Origin: an uncultured Nitrososphaerales archaeon
Lineage (GTDB): Archaea > Thermoproteota > Nitrososphaeria > Nitrososphaerales > Nitrososphaeraceae
Length of the DNA stretch: 64,000 nucleotides
Assembly: GCA_963713605.1 (NCBI GenBank)
Contig: CAVQMO010000005.1
Coordinates: 128,001-192,000, forward strand
Reading direction: 5' to 3'
Of the stretch, positions 21,978-33,600 are shown piece after piece. The notes under the pieces are model-generated. The model did no database searches, was not told where the DNA came from, and saw only the letters and a program-made list of their open reading frames with translations. The position numbers and the translations under genes are program-made. Positions within the stretch are counted from its first letter, which is position 1. Each line of letters starts with the position of its first letter.

Positions 21978-23072
21978 TTGGGTAATGGTTATGATTTAAC
22001 GGAGGTAATGGGAGTGATTTCTAGAATCGTTTCCTCGGCGGTAAGGAATTATAATTGCATATTCGATGATGATTGGTTGGCTGTGCTTCTCGATGATTCA
22101 TTACTTTGGAACGAGCAAGTTCAACTAAAGTTCAGGCATGTCGCTTCTCGTTTTATAACGAGAATAAATCAGGAAAATCTAGAGCATTGCACTAGATTGA
22201 TGAAATACGTAGAGTTAAGGCACATCGATAACGTTACTGGTTACCTCGGAATAAAAGACCTCGATGAGCAATTTATCTATGTCTCAAGGGGATTAGAGAA
22301 CATTGCCGTTGAATCAACCAAACTGAACAATCCAGAATCTGATTTGATTCTCTCAACTAACCAATCGTTCATCCAGATGCAAAGCTACTTTTTTGAGAGA
22401 GTTTGGAGCGTGGCAACTCCTGCAATGCAAAAGATCGCAGAAATTGAAAGAGGTGTTTCTCAACATAATATGCCAAAGGAGCTACCAACCAATCCTTCAG
22501 AGATAAGTGATGCCGTGACAGAAATTATAGCGTCATCAAGAAGTGAAATTCTGGTTGTGTTTCCCAATGCAAATACGTTTTGGTGCGCAGAGAGCGCAGG
22601 AGTGATAGCATTGCTGGGGGATAAAATTAAACATAACGTCGTAGTCAGGGCGATCGTGCACATTGACAAAGATGAGGGTGAGGTCGAAACCATAAAAGAA
22701 AGGATTAGAGATGCATTGAGAAGCAAAAGTAATGACCTTTATGCAAATATATCTTTCCTGACTAGGGAATTGAGAGATATGAGAAACATGTTTTTTATTG
22801 TTGATCAGGTTGCATTACTCTCAGTAGATATAGTCGATAGCACGAAAAAGATGCTCGCAGAGATACTTGGTAAGGCTACGTTCTCCAATAATGAAACGAG
22901 GATTTCTGCTACAATTTCCGTATTTGATACTTTGTGGATCCAGTCGGAACTTGATAAGCAGAGTCATGCCAAGCAGGCCTATTTTAATATCTTTAAGGGA
23001 TTTAGATTGCGACAAGAAGAATACAGGCGAAAATGGCTTTTTGAGCAAAAAGGAGCAAGGAAACCTAACTAA
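21978..23072 (+). CDS. Kinase-less homolog of the histidine-kinase N-terminal sensory region
   Basis: FITRINQENLEHCTRLMKYVELRHIDNV versus the kinase's YVTEITKDNISYCKQIMTMVDELRHLDGI; FFERVWSVATPA versus VFETLWSKTIPA; no H-box. Confidence 0.7.
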   Translation: MGNGYDLTEVMGVISRIVSSAVRNYNCIFDDDWLAVLLDDSLLWNEQVQLKFRHVASRFITRINQENLEHCTRLMKYVELRHIDNVTGYLGIKDLDEQFIYVSRGLENIAVESTKLNNPESDLILSTNQSFIQMQSYFFERVWSVATPAMQKIAEIERGVSQHNMPKELPTNPSEISDAVTEIIASSRSEILVVFPNANTFWCAESAGVIALLGDKIKHNVVVRAIVHIDKDEGEVETIKERIRDALRSKSNDLYANISFLTRELRDMRNMFFIVDQVALLSVDIVDSTKKMLAEILGKATFSNNETRISATISVFDTLWIQSELDKQSHAKQAYFNIFKGFRLRQEEYRRKWLFEQKGARKPN

Positions 23073-23299
23073 TTATGATATGATGTTCTGGGGTTATCAT
23101 GAATCTCCAACAGATTGACTGACACTCACTCCAAGGTCATTCAGCCCACCAATGAGAATTAAGGTGACTTACATTTTAATAACGGTCACACCTACTTCAC
23201 TAGTTGAATACAGTATCCCAGAAATTATCTTCTGATAAGAAGTCTAATATCATTTAGTCTGATCTTAAATAAATATAGATCGAGGATATAGGAAATTCA

Positions 23300-23491
23300 A
23301 TGTTCTCTGAAACATCCGGAAACAAAGACCGAAGTACATATGTTTGTCCCCGCTGCAATTCTAAAGTATTAAGTATCTTGAACCATCCAGTCAAACAGAA
23401 CATGGTGATCGAAACTGCGAATTGCCCTCAATGTAATCTGGTGTGGCAAGATCAATGGATCTTGCCAGTGTTTCCTGTCTCTAAAAGGTAG
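23300..23491 (+). CDS. Small zinc-ribbon protein
   Basis: CPRC...CPQC; TATA-like element about 30 nt upstream. Confidence 0.65.
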   Translation: MFSETSGNKDRSTYVCPRCNSKVLSILNHPVKQNMVIETANCPQCNLVWQDQWILPVFPVSKR

Positions 23492-24553
23492 AATTGTAAC
23501 AACACAATAGGTGTGTATAGACCGATGGTCGCATGAAAGGTTCACCGTTTTTGGTAACACGGGTCAGAATTTCATTTGGCAATTATAACTCTTCTTGTTC
23601 ACAAGGTAATGTGGTAACAATATACAACTTCAAAGGCTGTTTCAATGGTATCGGTGCCCGAAATAACTCACTGTAGGAGCTACATCTAACCAATGTGTTT
23701 TAGTGTTCTGGCGTCAGAATTCGACCAGTCGCTGTTGAGATTGGAACATGTCTAGACCATAGTTGCTAATGATCATAAAACTTCGAGATATTACAATCTA
23801 AGTGTACGCGATTTGTTTGGCATAGTTGTAGAGAAGTAATAACAATGTGAGAATTCAAATCTTTAAGAGTTGCAATTGGGGAATTCAGATACGAGGTCCA
23901 TTGATAGAAATAGTCTGGGTAAAGTCGACATAGGTGAATCCAAGGAGTTGAAAGATAACTGCAATAATTTGGATCTGGACTTTCCTTCTTAAGACTGAGT
24001 ATTCCTTCACTATTGTTGAAAGTTAGAATGGCATCAATATTCCATCTAGTGTACACGAGATCACAGTGTCCTTCTTCGATGGAACAAATCATGTAATCGA
24101 AAACTATGCGATTTGGACAATCTTTTCATCTTCATTTCGTATCCTGGATTTCCTAGTCTGCGGTGGATTTTTCTAGCAGAGCACTCAAAGATACAAGAAA
24201 TGCTATATAACATTACATCTGAAAATTGACAACTAATTCAGTGGGAATCTCATCCAGGTTGTTGATCTGCGTTGGCACCTACAGTCCTAATACGAAATGG
24301 ATCCTCCATCTTTTTGCTACAGTAGCAAAACTCAGCAGGGTAATGCTGTGAGCAATTCTATTCCGCTCAAAGGTTGCACGACGATCCTTGAATCATAATC
24401 TGTTAAGTCAACGTCGTCAGATTCAGGTGGTCGAGAAGGAATATTCCTCACTACAAACCTAGCTGAAATTTAAGTGTCAGTTCGGACTAATTAACAATGG
24501 TGTCTATAAATTAATATTAACTTTATCTGGTCATACTTACAGAGCGAATAAAG

Positions 24554-25174
24554 ATGATTCACCAGAATTCCAAAGTATTTTCGGGCACAACAGATTTGTC
24601 TCAAACACCTAATAGGTTGTATCGATATATTTCTGCAGATGATCTAGTCAATTCCGAATCTTACAAAAATCTGACTTCACCGGATCCAAATCTCACTGTA
24701 CCATCACGATCGGAGAAAGCAGACTACAAAAAATACTGAGCCTTCCAAGGTAGGGGCTGAATTGGACAATGTTATCAAACAGGTTCTAGTAATAGATGAC
24801 GACATAGACAGTGCCATCGCAATTAGGACATGCCTTGAGAGCTGACTTCAAGAAAGATGCTCAAGGATCAGAATTTCAGGTAATGGAAGTTACTATGTAC
24901 TCAAACCCAGTAACGGCCATGGAAGATTTCAGACCATATTACTACGATCTCCTACTTGTTGATATTAATATGCCTACTGTGAATGGCTATGAGTGTAGTT
25001 GACAAAATAATAAAGCTTGATTTCAACATTAAGGTTTGCTTTATGTCATCTGGAGAAGTGAATTATGAAGCCATACGAGAAATCCGTCATCCTGTTAATA
25101 GTTTTGGCTGCTTTATAAAGAAACCAGCAACTAGAGACTATCTAATAAATCGTATGGTACAGGAACTATTCTAG
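24554..25174 (+). pseudogene. Response regulator receiver gene, multiply frameshifted
   Basis: VLVIDDDID / DLLLVDINMPTVNGYE / VCFMSS...FIKKP lie in successive frames. Confidence 0.75.
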
Positions 25175-25604
25175 ATCCCAGCATCCATCTAGTGGAGGGA
25201 CGAGAGTCGCTGTCTTCAATTGACAGGCATCAAAAATTATTCTATTCCGCTTAATTCGCTTCGTATTCTAAGGAATATTCAATGCTCCAGCTAATCGAGA
25301 ATTGCTGATTACAGTTAAGGCAGTGGTGTCTATATCTCTTATGGACAAACTGCACAACGATTATCCGGAGTAACTCCGGTCACTGTGTTTACCCACATTA
25401 AACTTGTATCGCGATAAATACTACTTAATCATTTGTTAGAAATATTTTCTAGTATGATTCGATACGCTAGACAGATGACCCGTTACGTTAATCTGCTAAC
25501 GTCTCATGTACACCTAGAGATATCAAAGAACACATACCGCTTTAACTAGATGTATCGTTAATTAGCATACCTGGCCAAATTTTTATGACCAACCCGGTCA
25601 CGAG

Positions 25605-26960
25605 TCATCGTCCACTCGATTTGTGTTTATCAACTTCCTGCAATACTTCTAAAAGGTACTGCTTAATATCCTGCTGTTCAATAGAAGATTGAATACCAGA
25701 TTTTTTCTCAAGTTCCATTCTCTGTTCCTTTACGACGTTCTCCAAGTCAAAAGCTTTTGCTTGAACCTTCTTCTCCATTTGAGCGTTCCCAATATTGCTT
25801 AGAAATCCTGAATCTGTTTTCGTCAATTCTCTAATAGACTGTCTTAGCCTGATATCCTGGGATATAGAGACCGCTGTTGAATAAAGCCCCATAATGACCA
25901 TTGATGCAGAAAGAGCCAAAATCGAGAAACTCGCGAAACCAAAAGGGGGATATGATGCTGCCGAAACCCCACCTACATCAGATATCATTTGAAAAACGAA
26001 TCCAAATGAACACAATTGGAGATAGCCTGCAACAGACTTGTTTGGACTAAGTGCTTTGGACACACGCCAAAAAGCGAATCCTAACAATAATCCTCCTACG
26101 ACTCCATTAAGTGAAACATATAGATAATAGTTAAAGAAGTCAGAGTCTGATTCCGGAACATATAATCCAAGTGTATCTATTAAAGTACTAACATAATACA
26201 CCAAAGGTAGTAAAAGAAGCGTCCAAAATTTGATTCGGCCTATCTTGGCCGCGTAATGATGTAACAGTGTCGCTGAGCCAACTACAAGCAGTAAAAATCC
26301 CCCTGTCGCAGCGTAGTCATAAAAGTCTCTAAAGAACGCCTCTGAACTATTTGGATGAAATGTGTCGGACGTGTAGATCACCTCAGAATCAGCTGTTACA
26401 ACCTGGTTCTTCTCGGATAAATAATACGTTCCATAGATGAGGAGATAGCTGTATGTATAGGCGCTAATTGCAAATGCTGTCGCAAAGACCAATGCCAAGT
26501 AAGAATTCCTATTGAATCTGTACCAGTCAACCAACGTCAGAGTGGATATAACCATTACCGTCGCGCCCGCGGAGTAACCTATCAACGCAGCCAAAATCAG
26601 GAAAATAGTGTAATATTCGGAAAAAATGATAATCTGACTGAGAATCAATCCATATATTCCTATCATCGCCAACTGCGCCGCTATTGAAATACCGTAGACG
26701 ATCCGAAGTTTCAAAGAGTTGGTTCTAATATCAGAAGTAATATACTTCATTAAGCGTATAAGGATAAAGGAAATAAGGATCAATACTGCAAAAAAGCATA
26801 GAAACAGGGCGATACCTTCAAATGATGTTGTCTGTTCTATGAGAAAATCTGCAACTTGGCTAATTGAAGCGTCAACAGCAAATACGACAACCGCTGTTGC
26901 AAAAATTATGAAAAAAGTTGAATTCCCCATTCGGTGGGAATTTTTCAGTTGCTCTGTCAA
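25605..26960 (-). CDS. ~10-TM membrane protein with cytoplasmic C-terminal tail (paralog A)
   Basis: Hydrophobic helices; YPPFG and SQDIRLRQSIR motifs shared with 28052-29418. Confidence 0.85.
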   Translation of the reverse strand: MTEQLKNSHRMGNSTFFIIFATAVVVFAVDASISQVADFLIEQTTSFEGIALFLCFFAVLILISFILIRLMKYITSDIRTNSLKLRIVYGISIAAQLAMIGIYGLILSQIIIFSEYYTIFLILAALIGYSAGATVMVISTLTLVDWYRFNRNSYLALVFATAFAISAYTYSYLLIYGTYYLSEKNQVVTADSEVIYTSDTFHPNSSEAFFRDFYDYAATGGFLLLVVGSATLLHHYAAKIGRIKFWTLLLLPLVYYVSTLIDTLGLYVPESDSDFFNYYLYVSLNGVVGGLLLGFAFWRVSKALSPNKSVAGYLQLCSFGFVFQMISDVGGVSAASYPPFGFASFSILALSASMVIMGLYSTAVSISQDIRLRQSIRELTKTDSGFLSNIGNAQMEKKVQAKAFDLENVVKEQRMELEKKSGIQSSIEQQDIKQYLLEVLQEVDKHKSSGR

Positions 26961-26974
26961 CGAATTTTTGCTTG

Positions 26975-27187
26975 TTACCCTCTACCTTGATACCCTGAAA
27001 TAGATCCTTCATCTACAGCAGTCATGTTTGCCCCACCTGTAGAATTCGTACTAGCGCTTTGATTAGCCATAGTTGTAGCGTTGTTCTGTGCAAAAGAGTC
27101 TGCTGTCAAATTCGTCACCAAGCTAACACTAAAGGTCAATGCCAAGGCGATCGTTAGAGCTGTCAATGCCGTCTTACAATTCTTCAT
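26975..27187 (-). CDS. Small secreted peptide precursor A
   Basis: Signal peptide ending SFAQ; N/T/M-rich linker; ends NMTAVDEGSISG-YQGRG; TATA near 27210-27217. Confidence 0.75.
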   Translation of the reverse strand: MKNCKTALTALTIALALTFSVSLVTNLTADSFAQNNATTMANQSASTNSTGGANMTAVDEGSISGYQGRG

Positions 27188-27818
27188 AACAAATAGATTA
27201 TTTGACTGGTATAAAAACGGTTTTGTATGCAGAAAAGTTTTTTTTAAGATTCCCCGAAAATGGAAATTCTACTCCATCCAATTCAGTGCTGTTTATATCC
27301 CTTGATGTAAGGTTGTACGGTCCAAGTCCAACTACTTTGGTTAATTGTCCCTAATGTCATTCTGCGCGTATAAGATGGCGCTAGAGCACTAAAGAAGAAT
27401 ATTCCGCTGACATTGGACACAATAGTACTTGGGATGTTTAAATAAGCTTCGACAACTGATTCGTCTTTATGCGTAAATCCTTAATCCATGTTGTTTTTGG
27501 AGGAGTTGCTGAGGAGGCACATCCTAATGCAAATACAAAAAATATATACTATGCATTGAGAATTTTTTTAATTATGAATTGCTCACAAAAATCAACGGTA
27601 AGGCCAGCCTATATGTGAAATGTTACCACTTTAGAAATGCGAAATTTGAAAGCAACTAATATTTTAGAGTCATTAATCTGGGTTGTTGACAAGCATAGGT
27701 ATACGTCAATCATTGTGTTAATAGCCTCCTCATAACCGGTACCGTAACTGGATTGTTTGAAGATTCTTCGCATTAAGGCAGTCAATAAACCGGCACTTGG
27801 CGTTTTGTAGACTGAAGC

Positions 27819-27826
27819 TTTATATA
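27819..27826 (+). promoter_or_regulatory. Archaeal TATA box of peptide B operon
   Basis: TTTATATA about 23 nt before ATG 27849 (leaderless spacing). Confidence 0.6.
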
Positions 27827-27848
27827 CTCACGCTCTGCTCGTAAAGCA

Positions 27849-28031
27849 ATGGCAAATATGATAATGATGGCATTGTTAGTAATGATAGCTCTTGTCGGAT
27901 TGGGAGCTGCAACAATGATGATGCCAGTAGTCTCAGAGGTTTCTGCACAAGGGAACATGACCGGGAATATGACAGGTAATATGACAGACCCCGGATCCGG
28001 TAATGTTTCGGGCATGGTAACGGCACCATAG
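27849..28031 (+). CDS. Small secreted peptide precursor B
   Basis: Signal peptide ending VSAQ; (GNMT)3; ends DPGSGNVSG-MVTAP. Confidence 0.75.
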   Translation: MANMIMMALLVMIALVGLGAATMMMPVVSEVSAQGNMTGNMTGNMTDPGSGNVSGMVTAP

Positions 28032-28051
28032 ATTGCCTTTCGGGTAAACTT

Positions 28052-29418
28052 GTGAAAGAAAAAAAATCTAATTTTTTCCAGTTTTCATTTTATAAAGCTA
28101 GAGATTTTGGCATAAGGCAAATTAGTATCATAGTCTATGTCCTCATTGCCGTTCTTTCTCTGGATACTATAATAAATCAATTAAGCGCCTCATTGGGTGC
28201 CAACTTACTTCCGTCGGAGGCGGGCATTATTATTTTTATTGTTACAGGACTCGTAACCATTACCTGCCAACTCTTTATTTTGCAATTTGTTAGCAGAACG
28301 AGCTTAGCAATTAGGAGTAAAGTTAACCACCTTAAACGAATGCATATTGCAGTAATGGTATCTCAGTATTTCATAATATTCCTATTTTTATTTGCTATTC
28401 TGGAAATTGTCTTAACAGATAAATATTCCTCAATCCTCTCTCTACTTCTAACAGCGGCGAGTTATCTAGTGAGCATCTCCTTGATGGGGATTTTCACTTT
28501 CCTCTTCCTTTCCTGGTATAGAATCAATCGCTCCTCAGTATTGGTGCTGCTATACGGTCTGTCATTTGCAACTGTTGTTATCTCGTCTGTAGCAATCTTA
28601 GCTCTCTGGGTACATCTTTACGGTGAACAGATTCCCGGCACAGTCTTTCCCACCTCCGATGTCCTTTATGCTAAATCTAAAGAAAGGTACTCAGCTGGAA
28701 GATTCTCAGCCAAATTTATCAATACAGCGATATTGCCTCTTTCTTTCTTAAATGGGGCGGAACTGCCTTAATTTTATATCATTATTCTCGCAAGATCGGA
28801 AAGGTGAAGTATTGGTTCTTGCTTAGTCTGCCGGTGGCATATTTTTCAACATTGCTAATTTACCATTTCCATATCTATGAACCACATGAGGAATTGGAAA
28901 CTTTGATATTCATAGGATTCACTTCTTTAAATTCAACTTTTGGCGGGATTCTTTTCTACCTAGCGTTTAAAATTACTTCGGAAAATTTTACAAGCAATCC
29001 AGTCTTAAGAGATTATTTACTAATGGCTGGCTTTGGATTTATGTTATTTTTCAGTGCGACCCAGGCTAATATAATAACCACAGTTTATCCTCCATTTGGA
29101 TTTGCAACCGTTTCAAGTTATGGCCTCGGTTCCTATCTTATACTTTTGGGGATTTATTTATCAGCTCTGTCAGTTTCTCAGGATGAACAATTGAGAACCA
29201 TGATAAGAAAGTCTACCCTGTCAGAATCAAAGTTTCTGCACAGCATCGGAACATCTGCAGGAGAACGGAAGAAGGAAATAGTCAATACTGTGCTAAACAA
29301 GGCAAAACGGCAGCAAGAGTCTATTGTCAAAGATATCGGAATAGGAACTTCTCTCTCTGAAGATGATATCAAGAATTACGTGGAGGAGGTAGAAGAGCAG
29401 GAAGAAAATAAGGTGTGA
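28052..29418 (+). CDS. ~10-TM membrane protein (paralog B), one frameshift near 28685
   Basis: WYRINRSS, HYSRKIGKVKYW, YPPFGFA and SQDEQLRTMIR are collinear with paralog A. Confidence 0.8.
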
Positions 29419-29802
29419 GCAAAGATGATAAGATATGTGGCCATCGTTACGGCTTTAGGATATTCCGAGTGAATGAAATAATAGTTAAATACTGTTTCGT
29501 TTACCAGAAATAAGATAGGATCGGTTAGCTTTTTTTAAGTTTGCTTTTCTCGACGTAGATATCACAAATGCAGGCAAGTACTAAAGCAAGGATTCGAATC
29601 ATGAATCGAATCGCGATGATTAGTAGCCTCACTACGAGGTACGAGCAAACCGATGAAATCGTTCTGTCAGCACGACTCGGTGTGCGACATACGTGTGGAG
29701 TTCCTATGAAGATAGAGCAAGCGAAATTAACGAACAAAAGAGGCCACAGTCTAATTAGCATAGGATGGGTAGCCGTTATACATGTAGGATTCGTGGTTGT
29801 TA

Positions 29803-30039
29803 TCAGTGGTGGCCTATGCTAATTTGGAGCATTTCTGCCTTCCTGGGGCAGGCTCGTACCAATATACGCAGTAGGTCTTTTTTAATTTCCTTGACCGAAC
29901 AAAAAACCTTCCTGCATTGGGTTTCGGATACCCCTATTTGCTTATATAGTCTTATAGTTACACTTTTACGTATCTGGCTAGAGGATTTTTCTAGATTAGT
30001 AACGAATGTGCTGGTTTTGTTTAGATTTCGGACACCCAA
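29803..30039 (-). mobile_element. Possible decayed IS4-superfamily (DDE) transposase remnant
   Basis: FVTNL...LYKQ(IGVS)ETQCRK; DNA caaataggggtatccgaa is two indels from a Q-RWGIE reading (YREK-like region). Confidence 0.3.
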
Positions 30040-30634
30040 AGTTTTATATATTCTGCGTAGTCTTATAGTTATATTTTACCTATCTGGACTTATGTCTATT
30101 ACTTAAGAGATATAAATAATGGTGTAAATTAGGGTATGTCACTGATAGACTATTGGCATACCATTGACAAATTTAAATATTAGCCCGGTTTATTATTGTA
30201 ATACTGTTGTCTGATTCCAATCTCAATTATACTAGAGTTGCAATATCTATATCGATTTCAAATGAGATTCTTTATGAAAGCTAGTGAGATGCGTAGTTAG
30301 AATGCTAATGTTTCTTCCCCGCGTCGCAGTCACAACCCCTTCCTGGTTGTGATGGGTACATAGTGCGTTTTCTAGCTGAGCCATTACTTTGATTTGACAT
30401 AAAAATGACATAACAGATATAGCCATTATGAGAAAATACGAGGTTGCTACCCATAGCCCTATCGTTAATTGAACAACGTCATGTAGCCACAGTTTTGCTT
30501 TAATACCTAAAACGGCCGATGTTCACCTAAAAAGGGTATAGGGACCATTTCCTAACACAAATATGCACTATGATGGAAAGGATATCTCATCAAGGCTTAA
30601 TAGCGGGAATATAACATCAATTCTTGATTGCAAC

Positions 30635-33600
30635 GTGCAAAAGAATGTACAGTATGTACTAGTATGTTTATTAATAAGTCTGACTTTGACCTCTTTTTTT
30701 CGGCTGCTTCGATTTATCGAAGCGCTATGTTCTCCCCGGTGTCAATCTCCCCTATTAGCTCTGTTGTAGCACAAGAAGAAGATGAGGAGGAGGATGACAA
30801 TAAGGATGAAGGCGATAATGCAGAAGATAGTGCAGATAGTGCAGATAGTTCAGATAGTTCAGATAGTGCAGATAGTGCAGATAGTGCAGATAGTGCAGAT
30901 AGTTCAGATAGTTCAGATAGTGCAGATAGTGCAGATAGTGCAGATAATGGCAGACAACAATGACGTAAACGATGCCAATAGCGAGAAGACATCTCAAAGC
31001 AACGAAGTTAGTGGTAACAGCGGGAGTACTTCCTCTTCTCAGCGTTTGGCTGAAAGCAGTAGCAATAACATAAAGAATCCTGATCAGAGTGCACGTCAAG
31101 TTAGCCGAACGTCCGATACTGCAGGCACTGGCGCTGCAGCATCTTCATCTGCAGGCACTGGCGCTGGAGCATCTTCATCTGCAGGCACTGGCGCTGCAGC
31201 ATCTTCATCTTCAGGCTCTGGCGCTGGAGCATCAACAAATTCCCCATTTGCATTCATTCCAGGCTTGGCTCTACCTACAGGCCAGGCTCTACCTCCGAGC
31301 CAGGCTCTACCTCCAGGCCAGACCCCTGGTAGTATTCCAGAGGACAAGTATGTGCAGATGGTAGTGATCCTGTAAGTGGTCAGTGTTCATCACAGGTTCC
31401 AGCTGACCAGTCATGTGCCGATGGTAGTGATCCTGTAGGTGGTCAGTGTTCATCACAGGTTCCAGGCTGACCAGTCATGTGCCGATGGAAGTGAGCCCGT
31501 TGAAGGTCAGTGTTCTTCACAGGTTCCAGCTGACCAGTCATGTGCCGATGGAAGTGAGCCCGTTGAAGGTCAGTGTTCTTCACAGGTTCCAGCTGACCAG
31601 TCATGTGCAGATGGTAGTGATCCTGCAGGCGGTCAGTGTACCGTTCAAGTCCCTGCGGACCAGTCATGTGCCGATGGTAGTGATCCTGTAGGTGGTCAGT
31701 GTTCATCACAGGTTCCAGCTGACCAGTCATGTGCAGATGGTAGTGATCCTGTAGGTGGTCAGTGTTCTTCACAGGTTCCAGCTGACCAGTCATGTGCAGA
31801 TGGTAGTGATCCTGTAGGTGGTCAATGTCCCGTTCAAGTCCCTGCGGACCAGTCATGTGCAGATGGTAGTGATCCTGTAGGTGGTCAGTGTTCATCACAG
31901 GTTCCAGCTGACCAGTCATGTGCAGATGGTAGTGATCCTGTAGGTGGTCAATGTACCGTTCAAGTCCCTGCGGACCAGTCATGTGCAGATGGTAGTGATC
32001 CTGTAGGTGGTCAATGTACCGTTCAAGTCCCTGTGGACCAGTCATGTGCAGATGGTAGTGATCCTGTAGGTGGTCAATGTACCGTTCAAGTCCCTGCGGA
32101 CCAGTCATGTGCAGATGGTAGTGATCCTGTAGGTGGTCAGTGTTCATCACAGGTTCCAGCTGACCAGTCATGTGCCGATGGTAGTGATCCTGTAGGCGGT
32201 CAATGTACCGTTCAAGTCCCTGCGGACCAGTCATGTGCAGATGGTAGTGATCCTGTAGGTGCTGAATGTCAAATAACAAAACCGCCGAATGATTGTCCTC
32301 CTAATAGTAATAGAATAAACCATGATGGGGCTAAATTCTGTGTGTATCCTCAGAATGAGAACAATGAATGCCAGTACGGGGATATAGCGGGATTACCGGG
32401 AAACTGTAGAATCGTGCCGCTTGAAACACGCTCGTGTTGGGATAGCCCCCAGAATAGCGCTGGACAGTGTGTTATTGACACTCTACCTGCGGACCAGTCA
32501 TGTGCCGATGGTAGCGAGCCCGTTGAAGGTCAGTGTTCATCACAGGTTCCAGCTGACCAGTCATGTGCCGATGGTAGCGAGCCCGTTGAAGGTCAGTGTT
32601 CATCACAGGTTCCAGCTGACCAGTCATGTGCAGATGGTAGTGATCCTGTAGGTGGTCAATGTACCGTTCAAGTCCCTGCGGACCAGTCATGTGCAGATGG
32701 TAGTGATCCTGTAGGTGGTCAGTGTTCATCACAGGTTCCAGCTGACCAGTCATGTGCAGATGGTAGTGATCCTGTAGGTGGTCAGTGTTCATCACAGGTT
32801 CCAGCTGACCAGTCATGTGCCGATGGTAGCGAGCCCGTTGAAGGTCAGTGTTCATCACAGGTTCCAGCTGACCAGTCATGTGCAGATGGTAGTGATCCTG
32901 TAGGTGGTCAGTGTTCATCACAGGTTCCAGGCTGGCCAGTCATGTGCAGATGGTAGTGATCCTGTAGGTGGTCAGTGTTCATCACAGGTTCCAGCTGGCC
33001 AGTCATGTGCCGATGGTAGCGAGCCCGTTGAAGGTCAGTGTTCATCACAGGTTCCAGCTGACCAGTCATGTGCCGATGGTAGCGAGCCCGTTGAAGGTCA
33101 GTGTTCATCACGGTTCCAGCTGACCAGTCATGTGCAGATGGTAGTGATCCTGTAGGTGGTCAATGTACCGTTCAAGTCCCTGCGGACCAGTCATGTGCAG
33201 ATGGTAGTGATCCTGTAGGTGGTCAATGTACCGTTCAAGTCCCTGCGGACCAGTCATGTGCAGATGGTAGTGATCCTGTAGGTGGTCAATGTACCGTTCA
33301 AGTCCCTGCGGACCAGTCATGTGCAGATGGTAGTGATCCTGTAGGTGGTCAATGTACCGTTCAAGTCCCTGCGGACCAGTCATGTGCAGATGGTAGTGAT
33401 CCTGTAGGTGGTCAATGCGTAGTACCCGAACCAACACCCGAACCAACACCCGAACCAACACCCGAACCAACACCCGAACCAACACCCGAACCGACAGATG
33501 ATAGTCCAGCACCAGCAGACTCCCCTACTCCAACTGAAGCAGCACCAGCTGCGGTACCAACCGATCTAGCAGCTTGCTTGAGCTCTGGTGTATGTCAGCT

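Noticed and set aside
23695..23720. TTCTGGC-containing sites (also ~8090 and ~36175) as more TerL-like ends
   Set aside because: Upstream codons do not match FR.SL, and no stop follows the His position.
31350..33420. Long regular repeat array as a CRISPR array
   Set aside because: Units are contiguous 63-bp in-frame coding repeats with no unique spacers, and no cas genes are present.
30714..33512. Alternative-frame ORFs (LSALSA, HYLHYL, IVQIVQ, MTGQLEPV repeats)
   Set aside because: These are shadow frames of the protease's tandem repeats.
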